Positions 12,549 to 25,320 of a stretch of DNA of 64,000 nt are shown piece after piece. The stretch covers positions 7,256,001 to 7,320,000 of the forward strand of contig CM119371.1 of NCBI GenBank assembly GCA_051294905.1, written 5' to 3'. The first letter of the stretch is position 1. The number at the start of each line of letters is the position of its first letter. The notes below the pieces were generated by a model. That model made no database searches. It saw nothing but the letters and a program-made list of their open reading frames with translations, and was not told where the DNA came from. The DNA is from Botryllus schlosseri (lineage: Eukaryota). A program made the translations under genes and the position numbers.

Positions 12549-15500
12549 ATTGTGAATTATGAAATCGTAATTTTGGGTGCGTATTTCAAAGTATTTCGCT
12601 GACTATACCTTTAATGATGTGATAAAATGAATGCATTTTTAGAATAGTATGATACTCTACGTACATCGTGTGCAAATATAAGCGTCTTAGTGATATATTG
12701 CGATGCCCTAATGAAGGATAGGAATAGTTTGTATTGAAGGTTGCGTTGCCGCTATTGTGAAATCGTAGTTTTGGATGCGTATTTTAAAGTATTTCGCTGA
12801 CTATACCATTAATGATGTGATAAAATGAATGCATTTTTAGAATAGTAGGATACTTTATCTACATCGTGTGCAAATATAAGCGTCTTAGTAATATATTGCG
12901 ATGCCCTAATGAGTGATAGGAATAGTTTGTATTGAAGGTTGCGTTGCCGCTATTGTGAAATCGTAATTTTGGGTGCGAATTTCAAAGTATTTCGCTGACT
13001 ATACCATTAATGATGTGATAAAATGAATGCATTTTTAGAATAGTAGGATACTTTATCTACATCGTGTGCAAATATAAGCGTCTTAGTAATATATTGCGAT
13101 GCCCTAATGAGTGATAGGAATAGTTTGTATTGAAGGTTGCGTTGCCGCTATTGTGAAATCGTAATTTTGGGTGCGAATTTCAAAGTATTTCGCTGACTAT
13201 ACCTTTAATGATGTGATAAAATGAATGCATTTTTAGAATAGTATGATACTCTATGTACATCGTGTGCAAATATAAGCGTCTTAGTGATATATTGCGATGC
13301 CCTAATGAAGGATAGGAATAGTTTGTATTGAAGGTTGCGTTGCCGCTATTGTGAAATCGTAGTTTTGGATGCGTATTTTAAAGTATTTCGCTGACTATAC
13401 CATTAATGATGTGATAAAATGAATGCATTTTTAGAATAGTAGGATACTTTATCTACATCGTGTGCAAATATAAGCGTCTTAGTAATATATTGCGATGACC
13501 TAATGATTGATAGGAATAGTTTGTATTGAAGGTTGCGTTGCCGCTATTGTGAAATCGTAATTTTGGGTGCGAATTTCAAAGTATTTCGCTGACTATACCT
13601 TTAATGATGTGATAAAATGAATGCATTTTTAGAATAGTATGATACTCTATGTACATCGTGTGCAAATATAAGCGTCTTAGTGATATATTGCGATGCCCTA
13701 ATGAAGGATAGGAATAGTTTGTATTGAAGGTTGCGTTGCCGCTATTGTGAAATCGTAGTTTTGGTGCGTATTTTAAAGTATTTCGCTGACTATACCATTA
13801 ATGATGTGATAAAATGAATGCATTTTTAGAATAGTAGGATACTTTATCTACATCGTGTGCAAATATAAGCGTCTTAGTGACATATTGCGATGCCCTAATG
13901 AAGGATAGGAATAGTTTGTATTGAAGGTTGCGTTGCCGCTATTGTGAAATCGTAGTTTTGGATGCGTATTTTAAAGTATTTCGCTGACTATACCATTAAT
14001 GATGTGATAAAATGAATGCATTTTTAGAATAGTAGGATACTTTATCTACATCGTGTGCAAATATAAGCGTCTTAGTAATATATTGCGATGCCCTAATGAG
14101 TGATAGGAATAGTTTGTATTGAAGGTTGCGTTGCCGCTATTGTGAAATCGTGATTTTGGATGCGTATTTAAAGTATTTCGCTGACTATACCATTAATGAT
14201 GTGATAAAATGAATGCATTTTTAGAATAGTATGATACTCTATGTACATCGTGTGCAAATATAAGCGTCTTAGTGATATATTGCGATGCCCTAATGAAGGA
14301 TAGGAATGGTTTGTATTGAAGGTTGCGTTGCCGCTATTGTGAAATCGTAGTTTTGGATGCGTATTTTAAAGTATTTCGCTGACTATACCATTAATGATGT
14401 GATAAAATGAATGCATTTTTAGAATAGTAGGATACTTTATCTACATCGTGTGCAAATATAAGCGTCTTAGTAATATATTGCGATGCCCTAATGAGTGATA
14501 GGAATAGTTTGTATTGAAGGTTGCGTTGCCGCTATTGTGAAATCGTAATTTTGGGTGCGAATTTCAAAGTATTTCGCTGACTATACCTTTAATGATGTGA
14601 TAAAATGAATGCATTTTTAGAATAGTATGATACTCTATGTACATCGTGTGCAAATATAAGCGTCTTAGTGATATATTGCGATGCCCTAATGAAGGATAGG
14701 AATAGTTTGTATTGAAGGTTGCGTTGCCGCTATTGTGAAATCGTAGTTTTGGTGCGTATTTTAAAGTATTTCGCTGACTATACCATTAATGATGTGATAA
14801 AATGAATGCATTTTTAGAATAGTAGGATACTTTATCTACATCGTGTGCAAATATAAGCGTCTTAGTAATATATTGCGATGCCCTAATGAGTGATAGGAAT
14901 AGTTTGTATGAAGGTTGCGCTACCGCTATTGTGAAATCGTAATTTTGGATGCGTATTTAAAGTATTTCGGTGACTATGCCTTTAATGATGTGATAAAATG
15001 AATGCATTTTTAGAATAGTATGATACTCTATGTACATCGTGTGCAAATATAAGCGTCTTAGTGATATATTGCGATGCCCTAATGAAGGATAGGAATGGTT
15101 TGTATTGAAGGTTGCGTTGCCGCTATTGTGAAATCGTAGTTTTGGATGCGTATTTTAAAGTATTTCGCTGACTATACCTTTAATGATGTGATGAAATGAA
15201 TGCATTTTTAGAATAGTAGGATACTTTATCTACATCGTGTGCAAATATAAGCGTCTTAGTGATATATTGCGATGCCCTAATGAGTGATAGGAATAGTTTG
15301 TATGAAGGTTGCGCTACCGCTATTGTGAAATCGTAATTTTGGATGCGTATTTAAAGTATTTCGCTGACTATACCATTAATGATGTGATAAAATGAATGCA
15401 TTTTTAGAATAGTAGGATACTTTATCTACATCGTGTGCAAATATAAGCGTCTTAGTAATATATTGCGATGCCCTAATGAGTGATAGGAATAGTTTGTATT

Positions 15501-16780
15501 GAAGGTTGCGTTGCCGCTATTGTGAAATCGTAGTTTTGGATGCGTATTTTAAAGTATTTCGCTGACTATACCATTAATGATGTGATAAAATGAATGCATT
15601 TTTAGAATAGTAGGATACTTTATCTACATCGTGTGCAAATATAAGCGTCTTAGTAATATATTGCGATGCCCTAATGAGTGATAGGAATAGTTTGTATTGA
15701 AGGTTGCGTTGCCGCTATTGTGAAATCGTAGTTTTGGATGCGTATTTTAAAGTATTTCGCTGACTATACCTTTAATGATGTGATGAAATGAATGCATTTT
15801 TAGAATAGTAGGATACTTTATCTACATCGTGTGCAAATATAAGCGTCTTAGTGATATGTTGCGATGCCCTAATGAGTGATAGGAATAGTTTGTATTGAAA
15901 GTTGCGTTGCCGCTATTGTGAAATCGTAGTTTTGGATGCGTATTTTACCTTTATGATGTGATAAAATGAATGCATTTTTAGAATAGTATGATACTCTATG
16001 TTCATCGTGTGCAAATATAAGCGTCTTAGTAATATATTGCGATGCCCTAATGAGTGATAGGAATAGTTAGTTCGCATTGAAGGCTGCGTTGCTGCTATTG
16101 TGAAATCGTGATTTTGGATGCGTATTTAAAGTATTTCGCTGACTATACCATTAATGATGTGATAAAATGAATGCATTTTTAGAATAGTATGATACTCTAT
16201 GTACATCGTGTGCAAATATAAGCGTCTTAGTAATATATTGCGATGCCCTGCCCTAATGAGTGATAGGAATAGTTTGTATTGAAGGTTGCGTTGCCGCTAT
16301 TGTGAAATCGTAGTTTTGGATGCGTATTTTAAAGTATTTCGCTGACTATACCATTAATGATGTGATAAAATGAATGCATTTTTAGAATAGTATGATACTC
16401 TATGTACATCGTGTGCAAATATAAGCGTCTTAGTGATATATTGCGATGCCCTAATGAGTGATAGGAATAGTTTGTATTGAAGGTTGCGCTACCGCTATTG
16501 TGAAATCGTAATTTTGGATGCGTATTTAAAGTATTTCGGTGACTATACCTTTAATGATGTGATAAAATGAATGCATTTTTAGAATAGTAGGATACTATAT
16601 TAATATCGTGTGCCAATATAACCGTCTTAGTGTTATATTGCGGTGCCCTCTAATGAGTGATAGGAATAGTTAGGTTGCGTTGCCACTTTTGTAAAATCGT
16701 AATTTTTGATGAGTATTTAAAGTATTTCGCTGACTATACCTTTAAGGATGTGATATGTGATGCCGCTATTGTGATATCGT
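12549..16780. repeat. Tandem satellite, 198-bp unit, ~21 copies
   Basis: gaaatcgta recurs at 12561, 12759, 12957, etc.; units near-identical with two recurring variants; degenerate at the right end. Confidence 0.97.
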
Positions 16781-18954
16781 AGTGCTAGTGGTATGTTGTG
16801 ATGGTCGTATGGTCGGTGTGAAATTCGAAACTCAATGTTTGAAACCCTTCTAAACTGATATTATTGCCGTCCTTATTTTATTACATTACTCACATCACCA
16901 CATAATACTCTAAAACACGATACTGATGCGATACTACAACATGAATTCATATATTACCGTGTTGAATATTTGATATACTGACGGGCGAAGCACTCACATG
17001 ATAGTGATTCAGCATAACCGTATATATGACGTAAGCATATTCCGGCGGCTTCACAGTGGTCTCTGACTGGCACCTTTTGAGCGTGCAAGTCAGAGCGGTA
17101 CGAATGTATCAGAATGTTAATATTTGAACGGTAACGCGTCAGGAATAAGCGTAGTACATTTACGAGTCGCGATCGCTTGGATATAGTTTGTAGGTGTATT
17201 ATGTGCAGCTACATTACCAATGATATTTATATATATATACTTATCATTGCGGTTAGTGACGAGATAAACCTTGTACTATGAGTAACAGTAATTCAGTTTG
17301 TTAATATTTTCATCATTTCAAAACACCACAAGACTGCGATCAGGCGATGTAGAGAAGAGGCATGCGCGAACGAGGGCGTGGATGCACTGAGCTATATAAA
17401 CACTGGAGTGCGTTACTCGCGATATTTGCGTGATCAATTGGCCGCCATCTTTGGGTTAAGTTGATGGTTGCGCGTTAAGCTGGTAGTCAAGGCAGAAAAG
17501 GTTGGTTGATGTGACTGTTTTGATTACTCTTTGGCCTGGACATATCGATTTCGATGGTTCGGACAAGATAAGGTTATATATGTGTCATTGTATGTATTCA
17601 TTTGCAAATATCTTCCTGATGTAGATTGCTTAACTCGTTGTATCCAGGTAAATAAACATATGCTTCTGCTCAAAAATTCCTGCTGGCCTTGAGTGCTGTT
17701 TTCACAGTTACTGGGATAAGTCAATTGTCATGACATTGATAATTCGATTTGGATATGATACCGTTAATCCTAAGGGAGCTTGATAATGTTGTCTTCTCTA
17801 TCCCTACAGTTTCAGGTACTGTGTATGGCAATTTGATTTGGATATGATGCCATTAATCCTGAGGGAGCTTGCTGATGTTGTCTTTATACTCATTATAGCT
17901 TCAGTTTCATGTACTGCGTCCTCGAATTGTTGTTGCAAGCACACACTGTAATTAACTATTCTTACAAATCTTGAAAACCAGCAAACAGGCACATCTCAAG
18001 TATAAATAATTACCAAGCTATCAAATGATTGCAATGGATATTGTCAGTTTTGTTGTTATTTCCCAGGTACTGTATCTATAGGTAGTAAAAGCATATATGG
18101 CTATGACCACCAGCTTCAAGTTATTACCGGAGACTGCCTCAGAATCAGCCTGGCCTCGATTCAAAATCTTCTCACTACAATGGCGCTGATGTCAATGCTA
18201 TCGCTGCCAGCTACGTGGTGGCTATGAATACCACTGGCGGAGGAAAATTCAGCATCATGTGACATGACAAAGGCACAGCTACAATCAAAGTTATACGATC
18301 TAATTGTTATTCTACTTATTCATTGTGTCAAAGTAGTCGAAATAAATTGTAGAGAGTGAAAGTGAGGATATGTGAGTTATGTGTAGCAATATGGGTTAGC
18401 GATTTCTGCAGAGGTGATCAAATGAGAGAAATAATATATTTATATCATTAAATGAGAGATACAAGATGAATGCATGAGTCCGTATTTAGATCGGGGTAGA
18501 ATTGCCTAGTACTCACTGAAATTGACGCTATGTTGGTTACAACAATCTGCACTCGGAGTTTATTATCGTTATTGATTTGATCAGATCAATCATCGATGAA
18601 AAGATAGCAAGGTAACGCAACGACCTGAGGTAATCTACAAAATCTACACCCACCCACCTTTCGTTGCCTGCTAGATGAAGCATTCCTACCTGGTGCATTT
18701 TCGGATCAACCATTTCTCGGATCACGCAGTTGCTGCCTACCTGATCCCTTTCTTCCCTACAAGACGATACATTACAACCTGGCTTTCGATCAACCATTTC
18801 TGGGATCACACGAAATACCGCGCTGTACTGTCTAGTAACCAAACTTTCGTTTTCAGAAACACTAGCTTCAGTCATGAGAAACGCAAGGTTATGAATGATT
18901 TTTCTATTAAAATAAGTAACATAAAAAAAATAAAAACAGAAATATATTAATTCA

Positions 18955-19920
18955 TCATCATCATTGGTTTATTAGCAATTTTATCAGTTCAATACACCAC
19001 AAAAATGCGATACAATGAATAGACAGGAAGATGTCGAAGCGACTTGGATTTGTCAATGGAATCGGACACCCACCTTGGCCTAGGCGTAGTAAAGAGGAGG
19101 CATGCACACTGAATGAAAGTAAAGAATACAGTATAGAAAAAGAAAGCGACAAGAAATAGGGCGGCATGTCATGGGAAGCGAGATCGATAGGTCAGTCGTG
19201 GTCCGGTAATCTTGAGGATGGACTGTATTTATTTAGTAGTAATTGCTTGTATTTCGACTTGAATGTGGACATGCTCGTCGACTGTCGGATGGCCGGCGGG
19301 ATACTGTTCCACACATCAGGTCCGGCATATTTGATGGAGCGATGATCTTTTTGGTCGATCATATGATATTTGGACGACGTGGACGCGCGTGTGTTGTACT
19401 TGTGCGCTTTTGATTCAGAGGTAAACTTGTGCGCTTTTGATTCAGAGGTAAAGAAGTCATTGAAATATTCGGGGCAACGACCGCAGTGAAACTGATACAT
19501 AAACTTGACGATTTCTAGTTTCCGCATATCTTCTATGTTTAGGACGCCGAATCTCTTCAGCAGCGACTTATTGGATGGGCAGCCAGGCCCCTTTGGGGCC
19601 CTAGCTATGATTCGGAGCACTTTATGCTGTAGTTTCTGCAGTGGCTTGAGTGCAGTTTTACTGGCAGCCCCCCAAAAGAGGATGCCATAATGTAACTTCG
19701 ATTGGATTAAGGATTTAAAGAGTATCAGGAGAACCCATGCTGGCATGAAGCGCCCAAGGCTGTAGAACAGGCCGGTGATAATTTGGTTTCTAGGGACTGA
19801 ATATGACTCTTCCAGGACATGTTCGAGTCCAGTAAAACTCCGAGATATTTGGCATTATCTGTGTTGGAAACGGGCTGACCAGCGATATTAACGGTTAGGT
19901 TATTTTTTGAATTGACTGTC
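18955..19920 (-). mobile_element. 5'-truncated CR1/L2-clade LINE (RT C-terminus and 3' UTR)
   Basis: KYLGVLLDSNMSWKSHI, LHYGILFWG, YNTR, GPDVWNSIP motifs; (TGA)n tail at ~18955; frameshift near 19740. Confidence 0.85.
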
Positions 19921-20059
19921 AATTAATTGTTATTGACTTGACGTCACCCTCGACGTAATTGAGGGTGATCTGAAAGTAAAATGTGGGATAAGTTAGGGCT
20001 TAATATCTGCAAACGAGGTACAATAAACGAACCAATTCTGATCGAAGTTGCAATTTAAA

Positions 20060-21420
20060 AGACCAAATTTGCTGACCACTCCCATCTAGCAAAGTACCCA
20101 TTCTGCTAGGCGGTTTCTGATGAGTTTGAGCATTTGACTAGGACTAAAATTACTTGGATTTGATGATTGGGTAAATATGGACCAGGAAAACTAGACTCAA
20201 TGTTCCTGGATGATATGTTTGCCCGCAATGCGGAAGGCCAAGCGGAGTGGCAGGAAAGCCCGTCGCATGTCAATGATGCAACAGTTGCACCGGTTTCGTT
20301 AAGCTTGTTCATGCAAATTTCAACCAAATTTGCTCGTTCCGATCCTGTCAAACCATTAATGAAAAAGAATCCAAGCGGAATTTTCCAGGATGAATTGACG
20401 CAAACAGCCATAAAAACTAATGCATCTCTTGCCAGTGGCAAAGAATCATCGTCCTCGCAGTCAGTACCTATGTCTACATATCCTCATTATCTTCTTCCAT
20501 CCCAAAAAACCTGTCTGCGGATCGACATTTCATCCATCATTATGGAACATATTACAGGAGCTGTTGATGCCTCTACTTTTCCTCTGATAGCAGAAAACGC
20601 AATACCAGTAAAGCCAGGCTCAGCGGGAAGTTTTCCATACCAGCGTCTTATCACATTCGGATGGGGAAGAGCGAGTTGAAAATTTTGACGCACAAAATTG
20701 TATGCCCTAGCAGAATAATACTGCAGCGTCATTGCAAAAATATTGCAGTTCTTTAGAGTATTTGACTCCTCTTCCACCAACTTGTAGCTTCATGCGCTGC
20801 AACAGCTCACTTGGTAGACGACTGAATTTTTGTGGCATTACTTCTCTGCACAAATCGCTGATCAAATTTTTTTTTTTCAGAGATGCAATGACCTCATCCA
20901 GAGTTTTCACTTTTTTTCTCAGGCAGCATGTCCTCATTTTGGCAGCATGCAACCCCTTTTTAATTTGTACCACTCTACGGCGTTGCTGTTGAATCAGCTT
21001 TTGAGGAGAGGTACGTGCACAGTAACTGCGGTCGTGGAGAACTGCTTCACCAGTTTGTGCTTTACAATAACGTTTCTTGTCTTGAAGTGTTGCTGGTCTT
21101 GCTTGCCGTTTGTTGGAAGCCTGAAATTCACGAATTTCACATCAACAGAGGCTAGGGTAAGGGTATACTTATATGAACTTAACTTTAGAAGTAAATATAT
21201 AAATGTCTACTGTACCTTTGACCTCATATATTTCGGAAAGTTCAGAAATCTCGTTGGCACCGCATTCTCCCTCAAACGTATCAACTGGCCCACATGGTAA
21301 ATGGCACTTTCCGGAAAATGATCGGAGCAGATAACTGACGATCTTGATGGGACCCAGTTTTTTTCTTTTCATGCTTTCTAACCATCTTCCTTTCAGCGAT
21401 TCATTAGTAGGAAAGCTGCA
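20060..21420 (-). pseudogene. P-element/THAP9-like transposase relic
   Basis: Frameshifted fragments: THAP-like (FP...RW...ICSDHF ~21310-21415), FAMTLQYYSARAYNFVR..LALPH, MDEMSIRRQVFWDG, ALVFMAV..SSWKIPLGFF, SLTCDG. Confidence 0.85.
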
Positions 21421-22134
21421 TTATATGGAGCATTGTATGAAGCAAAGCACACTAAATAGTCAATTCTTTGTTATGAGCTATGATAAAAGCAGAAGGGACA
21501 TAAAATAACTTGTCTGATAAAATTATACATCTGCCACTTTTCACTCCATAGGCTATTGTATTCAAGATTGCCGCAGCCTTCTAAAGCTAAAGCAGTTCAA
21601 AGGTAAACCTTGAAAAATATTTTTGAATAAATAAATTGACAGTTTCGCACAAAGCTATAAGGACTAAAGATGAACTCGACTATGGAATTTGCAAATTCCA
21701 CAGTATTTGTTTAGCATCTGAAAAAGATATCCTGTTTTAACTATGCTGATGAAAACCCATCTAGGCCATTAATTGAATCTTTTCCTTGTATTCCTACTCT
21801 TGCCTACATAGCATAAGCAAGAATTGAATACTAAACTGATTATTGGCCGAACTGCTTGTACTCGATCATGGACAAAATACGAAGAGTGAGATGGACATTA
21901 TTACAGATATTGATGATGAACATTACATAGAGGATATGGTGACACGGATTTCTGCTGGTAGTCTGGTCTGGTCATTTCATTCATATAGCTGCAACGAAAT
22001 GTTCGGCACTTCTTCGATGGCAGTCAGACATCGAAAGTGTTCACCATGATCACCGATGAATGTTTTCCATGAACACGAAAAAAAAAATTATAAACGTCAA
22101 AATATATTTTTTTTGTGCCTTTCGAAAGACGAAT

Positions 22135-22455
22135 GTTAGGGTTGGGGTGGGGGGTATTAGGGTGGGGGGAAAGGGGGATATTAGGGTTGTCGGAGGCGAT
22201 ATTAGTGTTAGGATTGGTGGATGGGGATATTAGGGTTGGCGGAGGGGATATTAGTGTTAGGATTGGTGGATATTAGTGTTAGGATTGGTGGATAGGGATA
22301 TTAGGGTTGGGGTGGGGGGTATTAGGGTGGGGGGTATTAGGGTTGGCGGAGGGGATATTAGTGTTAGGATTGGTGGATGGGGATATTAGGGTTGGCGGAG
22401 GGGACATTAGTGTTAGGATTGGTGGATAGTAATATTAGGGTTGGGGGAGGGGGAG
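22135..22455 (+). repeat. G-rich modular minisatellite (TTAGGG-containing) in left arm
   Basis: Modules attagggttgg(gg/cgg)..., attagtgttaggattggtgga. Confidence 0.9.
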
Positions 22456-24834
22456 ATAGCGTACTCGTAACGATAAGCGCCCACCAATCTGGCGGACCCG
22501 TCGGCGATTCCCGTCGGGGGTTTATGTGGGCTCCTCTTCCCTCGCCGTTGCCGCTCTTACGGAGACAAAAAAGACCAACGAAAGAAAGCACTCACAAGGA
22601 ATGGAAAGAACTAGTAGAAAGGACCGCGGCTTCAATGCGTGTCGTTCGACATCCTCCTATCTGCTCATTACATCGCATTTTGCCTTATCGCATGTACATT
22701 GTGTGTGACTTGTTCAGATGAAACATATAACCCAACGATTAACAATATGATATTATTACTATTAGGGTTGAGGTGGGGAATGTTAGGGTCCATTCATTAC
22801 ATTCAGCACCCATTACCATCCGTTCAAAAGATACATATTTTCCAATTGCCAAGACAGAAAGTATCGAATCTTTCATTCGAGCACGGGGTTAGATCGTTCT
22901 AGTTCATTACAAAACTGATTCAAATATAAGCGAGTGATTAATATGATGCCTATTGAATCAATAGGTTACGTCAATTCACGCGGAGTCATCATTACAAACG
23001 ATGGAAAAACATAAGCGGGTGAATTCAAGCCTGCAGGCTCGTGCCGCTAGGACATACTTTGCGATAGGTGATGCTGGAGCAAACTGATGATAATCAGTAT
23101 GTTGATATTTCATCCTTTCGAATACACGAAAAGATTGCGATTGAACGAAAAAATTGGAAGGTATTGAAACGACATTTAGTAGTCGTTGAAACCGGACATT
23201 CGGACACCACACTTCCTGTAGCCATAAGACAGTGTAAAGAGGCACTTACGTCGTTGTAGCCTTGTAGGATGGGCAGTTGGACACTGAATATAAAGTAACA
23301 GAAGTGATGGGATGATAGCCTAATGAAGTGGCATGTTTCGGAATGATGGGCCGATATATCAAATTGAGATTTGAATGTGGACGTTCTTGACGACTGTCGG
23401 GATGGCCTTCGAGGCTTTTAGCGATGTCTTTCCCAAACTTATTTCCACGGCGTATTTCAATATCGAATATATTCCACATATCGATAGGAAGTCTTGAATC
23501 GACAGGTGAAGTCAATGCACGCATTCATGGAAGAACACGAGCATATGGAATTATAGATAACAATGTCTTGGCGAACGGGACTTAATAATTTCGATTTTCT
23601 CGACGGCAAATTGAAAGTTGAAAAGTATCGGGATAGACGTCGTTGAATGACCAGTAGCCAAAACTATTCTTTCAAACTATTGGTAAATATACTCCTACAC
23701 AACTTGTGAAGCAGACGCAGTACAAATACAGTTGATGCCATGCAGCATTCACAATCAATCCTAATGAGTATTGTATGATACACGATAAATAGCCTATGCG
23801 GTATGTATTTTCATGACAAGTTGATTCTGCGTGTGTACTAAGTTGTTTCTGCTTGTGTGTACTAACTTTTTGACTTCTTAGGGTGAAGCAGAACGCACTA
23901 ACACCGTACTGATGCATCATTAGTGGTGTGTTTCACTCATTTCCGCCCGTAGGAAGGGTGTGGAGAAACGATTTGGTACCCGAGTGATGCTGTACCGTAG
24001 AACCTTAGCTAACCTATTCCTTGAAATTGACATGATGCTGCCGGCGGCGATTACCAAGTTGAAAAAGTGGCCCTTTACTCTTTTCGAGTTGGTAGCCCCT
24101 GCTCTGATATCACTATACCACTATATGTCACTGCATGCACATTGCACCATGCACAATGCACATGTCTGTCTGAGGAGCACTGGAGACGGTACAATTCACG
24201 CATTGTTTTGTTAACGAATGAAATATAATAAATGTAGCAAAGCCAACGAAAAAATACAGTGTAAATCATGGATGTAAATAAGTATAAATTCAAACAGGAT
24301 AGCGAGTGCGAATCTGATTTATCAAATTCTGAAATGGATCGTCGCCGAATTTGAGGCGCCACATGAATTCAAATAAGTACGTATCCAGGAGAGTACGATG
24401 AGTCCCGCACTCCCGCTTATTTCTCTGTTTCGCTCGGGCCCACATTGATTCAACGTGATTTGTCGTTGCGTGGGAGATATCATATTATTAATCGTTGGGT
24501 TATATGTTTCATCTGAACAAGTCACACACAATGTACATGCGATAAGACAAAATGCGATGTAATGAACAGATAGGAGGATGTCGAACGACACGCATGCAGT
24601 TGCGATCCTTTTAATCTAATTTCCACCTCGGTCTAGAGTGCCCGATGTCGCAGTTCTTTTCTATGTTGATCTTATCGAAGCCGTGCCCGATGTCGCAGTT
24701 CATTTCGATGTTGATCTTATTGAAGCCGCGGTCCTTTCTACTAGTTCTTTCCATTCCTTGTGAGTGCATTCTTTCGTTGGTCTTTTTTGTCTCCGTAAGA
24801 GCGGCAACGTCGAGGGAAGAGGAGCCCACATAAA

Positions 24835-24903
24835 CCTCCGACGGGAATCGAACCGGGTCCGCCAGATTGGTGGGCGCTTATCGTTACGACTACGCTATCT
24901 CCC
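24835..24903 (-). promoter_or_regulatory. tRNA-like RNA polymerase III A-box/B-box cassette (mirror copy at ~22452-22520 with damaged B box)
   Basis: A-box-like TAGCGTAGTCG (24887-24897) and canonical B box GGTTCGATTCC (24844-24854), 32 nt apart; no acceptor stem. Confidence 0.55.
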
Positions 24904-25320
24904 CCTCCCCCAACCCTAATATTACTATCCACCAATCCTAACACTAATGTCCCCTCCGCCAACCCTAATATCCCCATCCACCAATCCTAACACTAATGTC
25001 CCCTCCGCCAACCCTAATATCCCCCTTTCCCCCACCCTAATACCCCCCACCCCAACCCTAATATTACTATCCACCAATCCTAACACTAATATCCCCTCCG
25101 CCAACCCTAATATCCCCCTTTCCCCCACCCTAATACCCCCCACCCCAACCCTAATATTACTATCCACCAATCCTAACACTAATATCCACCAATCCTAACA
25201 CTAATATCCCCTCCGCCAACCCTAATATCCCCATCCACCAATCCTAACACTAATATCGCCTCCGACAACCCTAATATCCCCCTTTCCCCCCACCCTAATA
25301 CCCCCCACCCCAACCCTAAC
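24900..25320 (-). repeat. C-rich mirror minisatellite in right arm
   Basis: Reverse complement of the 22135-22455 modules with more copies. Confidence 0.9.

Larger units (their letters stand above)
8100..17060. mobile_element. ~9-kb TIR DNA transposon (Mutator-like by TSD length) carrying a Ulp1 protease and a satellite
   Basis: ~110-bp imperfect TIRs (ACTACTGTGAAGCCGCCGGAATATG.../...CATATTCCGGCGGCTTCACAGTGGT); TSD ctctgactg (8091-8099, 17061-17069; alternative parse gives 7 bp). Removing it restores a contiguous Gypsy LTR. Confidence 0.85.
7090..17213 (-). mobile_element. Internally deleted (gag-only) Gypsy/Ty3 LTR retrotransposon; 5' LTR split by a 9-kb insertion
   Basis: TGTAG...CTACA termini; 4-bp TSD ttac (7086-7089, 17214-17217). 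5' LTR = 7967-8099 + 17070-17213 (~277 bp); 3' LTR remnant 7090-7201. Empty site in unit B near 58870 (ccgttaccaat). Confidence 0.85.

Noticed and set aside
12549..16780. CRISPR array or coding repeat (198 is divisible by 3)
   Set aside because: No unique spacers, and the ORF track shows no ORF across the array in any frame.
17730..18820. Two local two-copy duplications (~90 bp at 17740/17830; ~75 bp at 18680/18770)
   Set aside because: Ordinary short duplications with no further structure I can support.
21843..22049. PWWP-like fragment (AGSLVWS)
   Set aside because: Too short, with no supporting motif across the foldback junction.
22135..22455. True telomere or interstitial telomere fusion
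   Set aside because: TTAGGG is not tandemly repeated; the tracts lie inside TSD-bounded TIRs.
24835..24903. Functional tRNA gene
   Set aside because: The acceptor stem cannot form and the T-stem is imperfect; kept only as a tRNA-like cassette.
22364..25198. Gly/Pro-rich ORFs (MGILGLAEG..., MSPPPTL...)
   Set aside because: Translations of the G/C-rich minisatellite.
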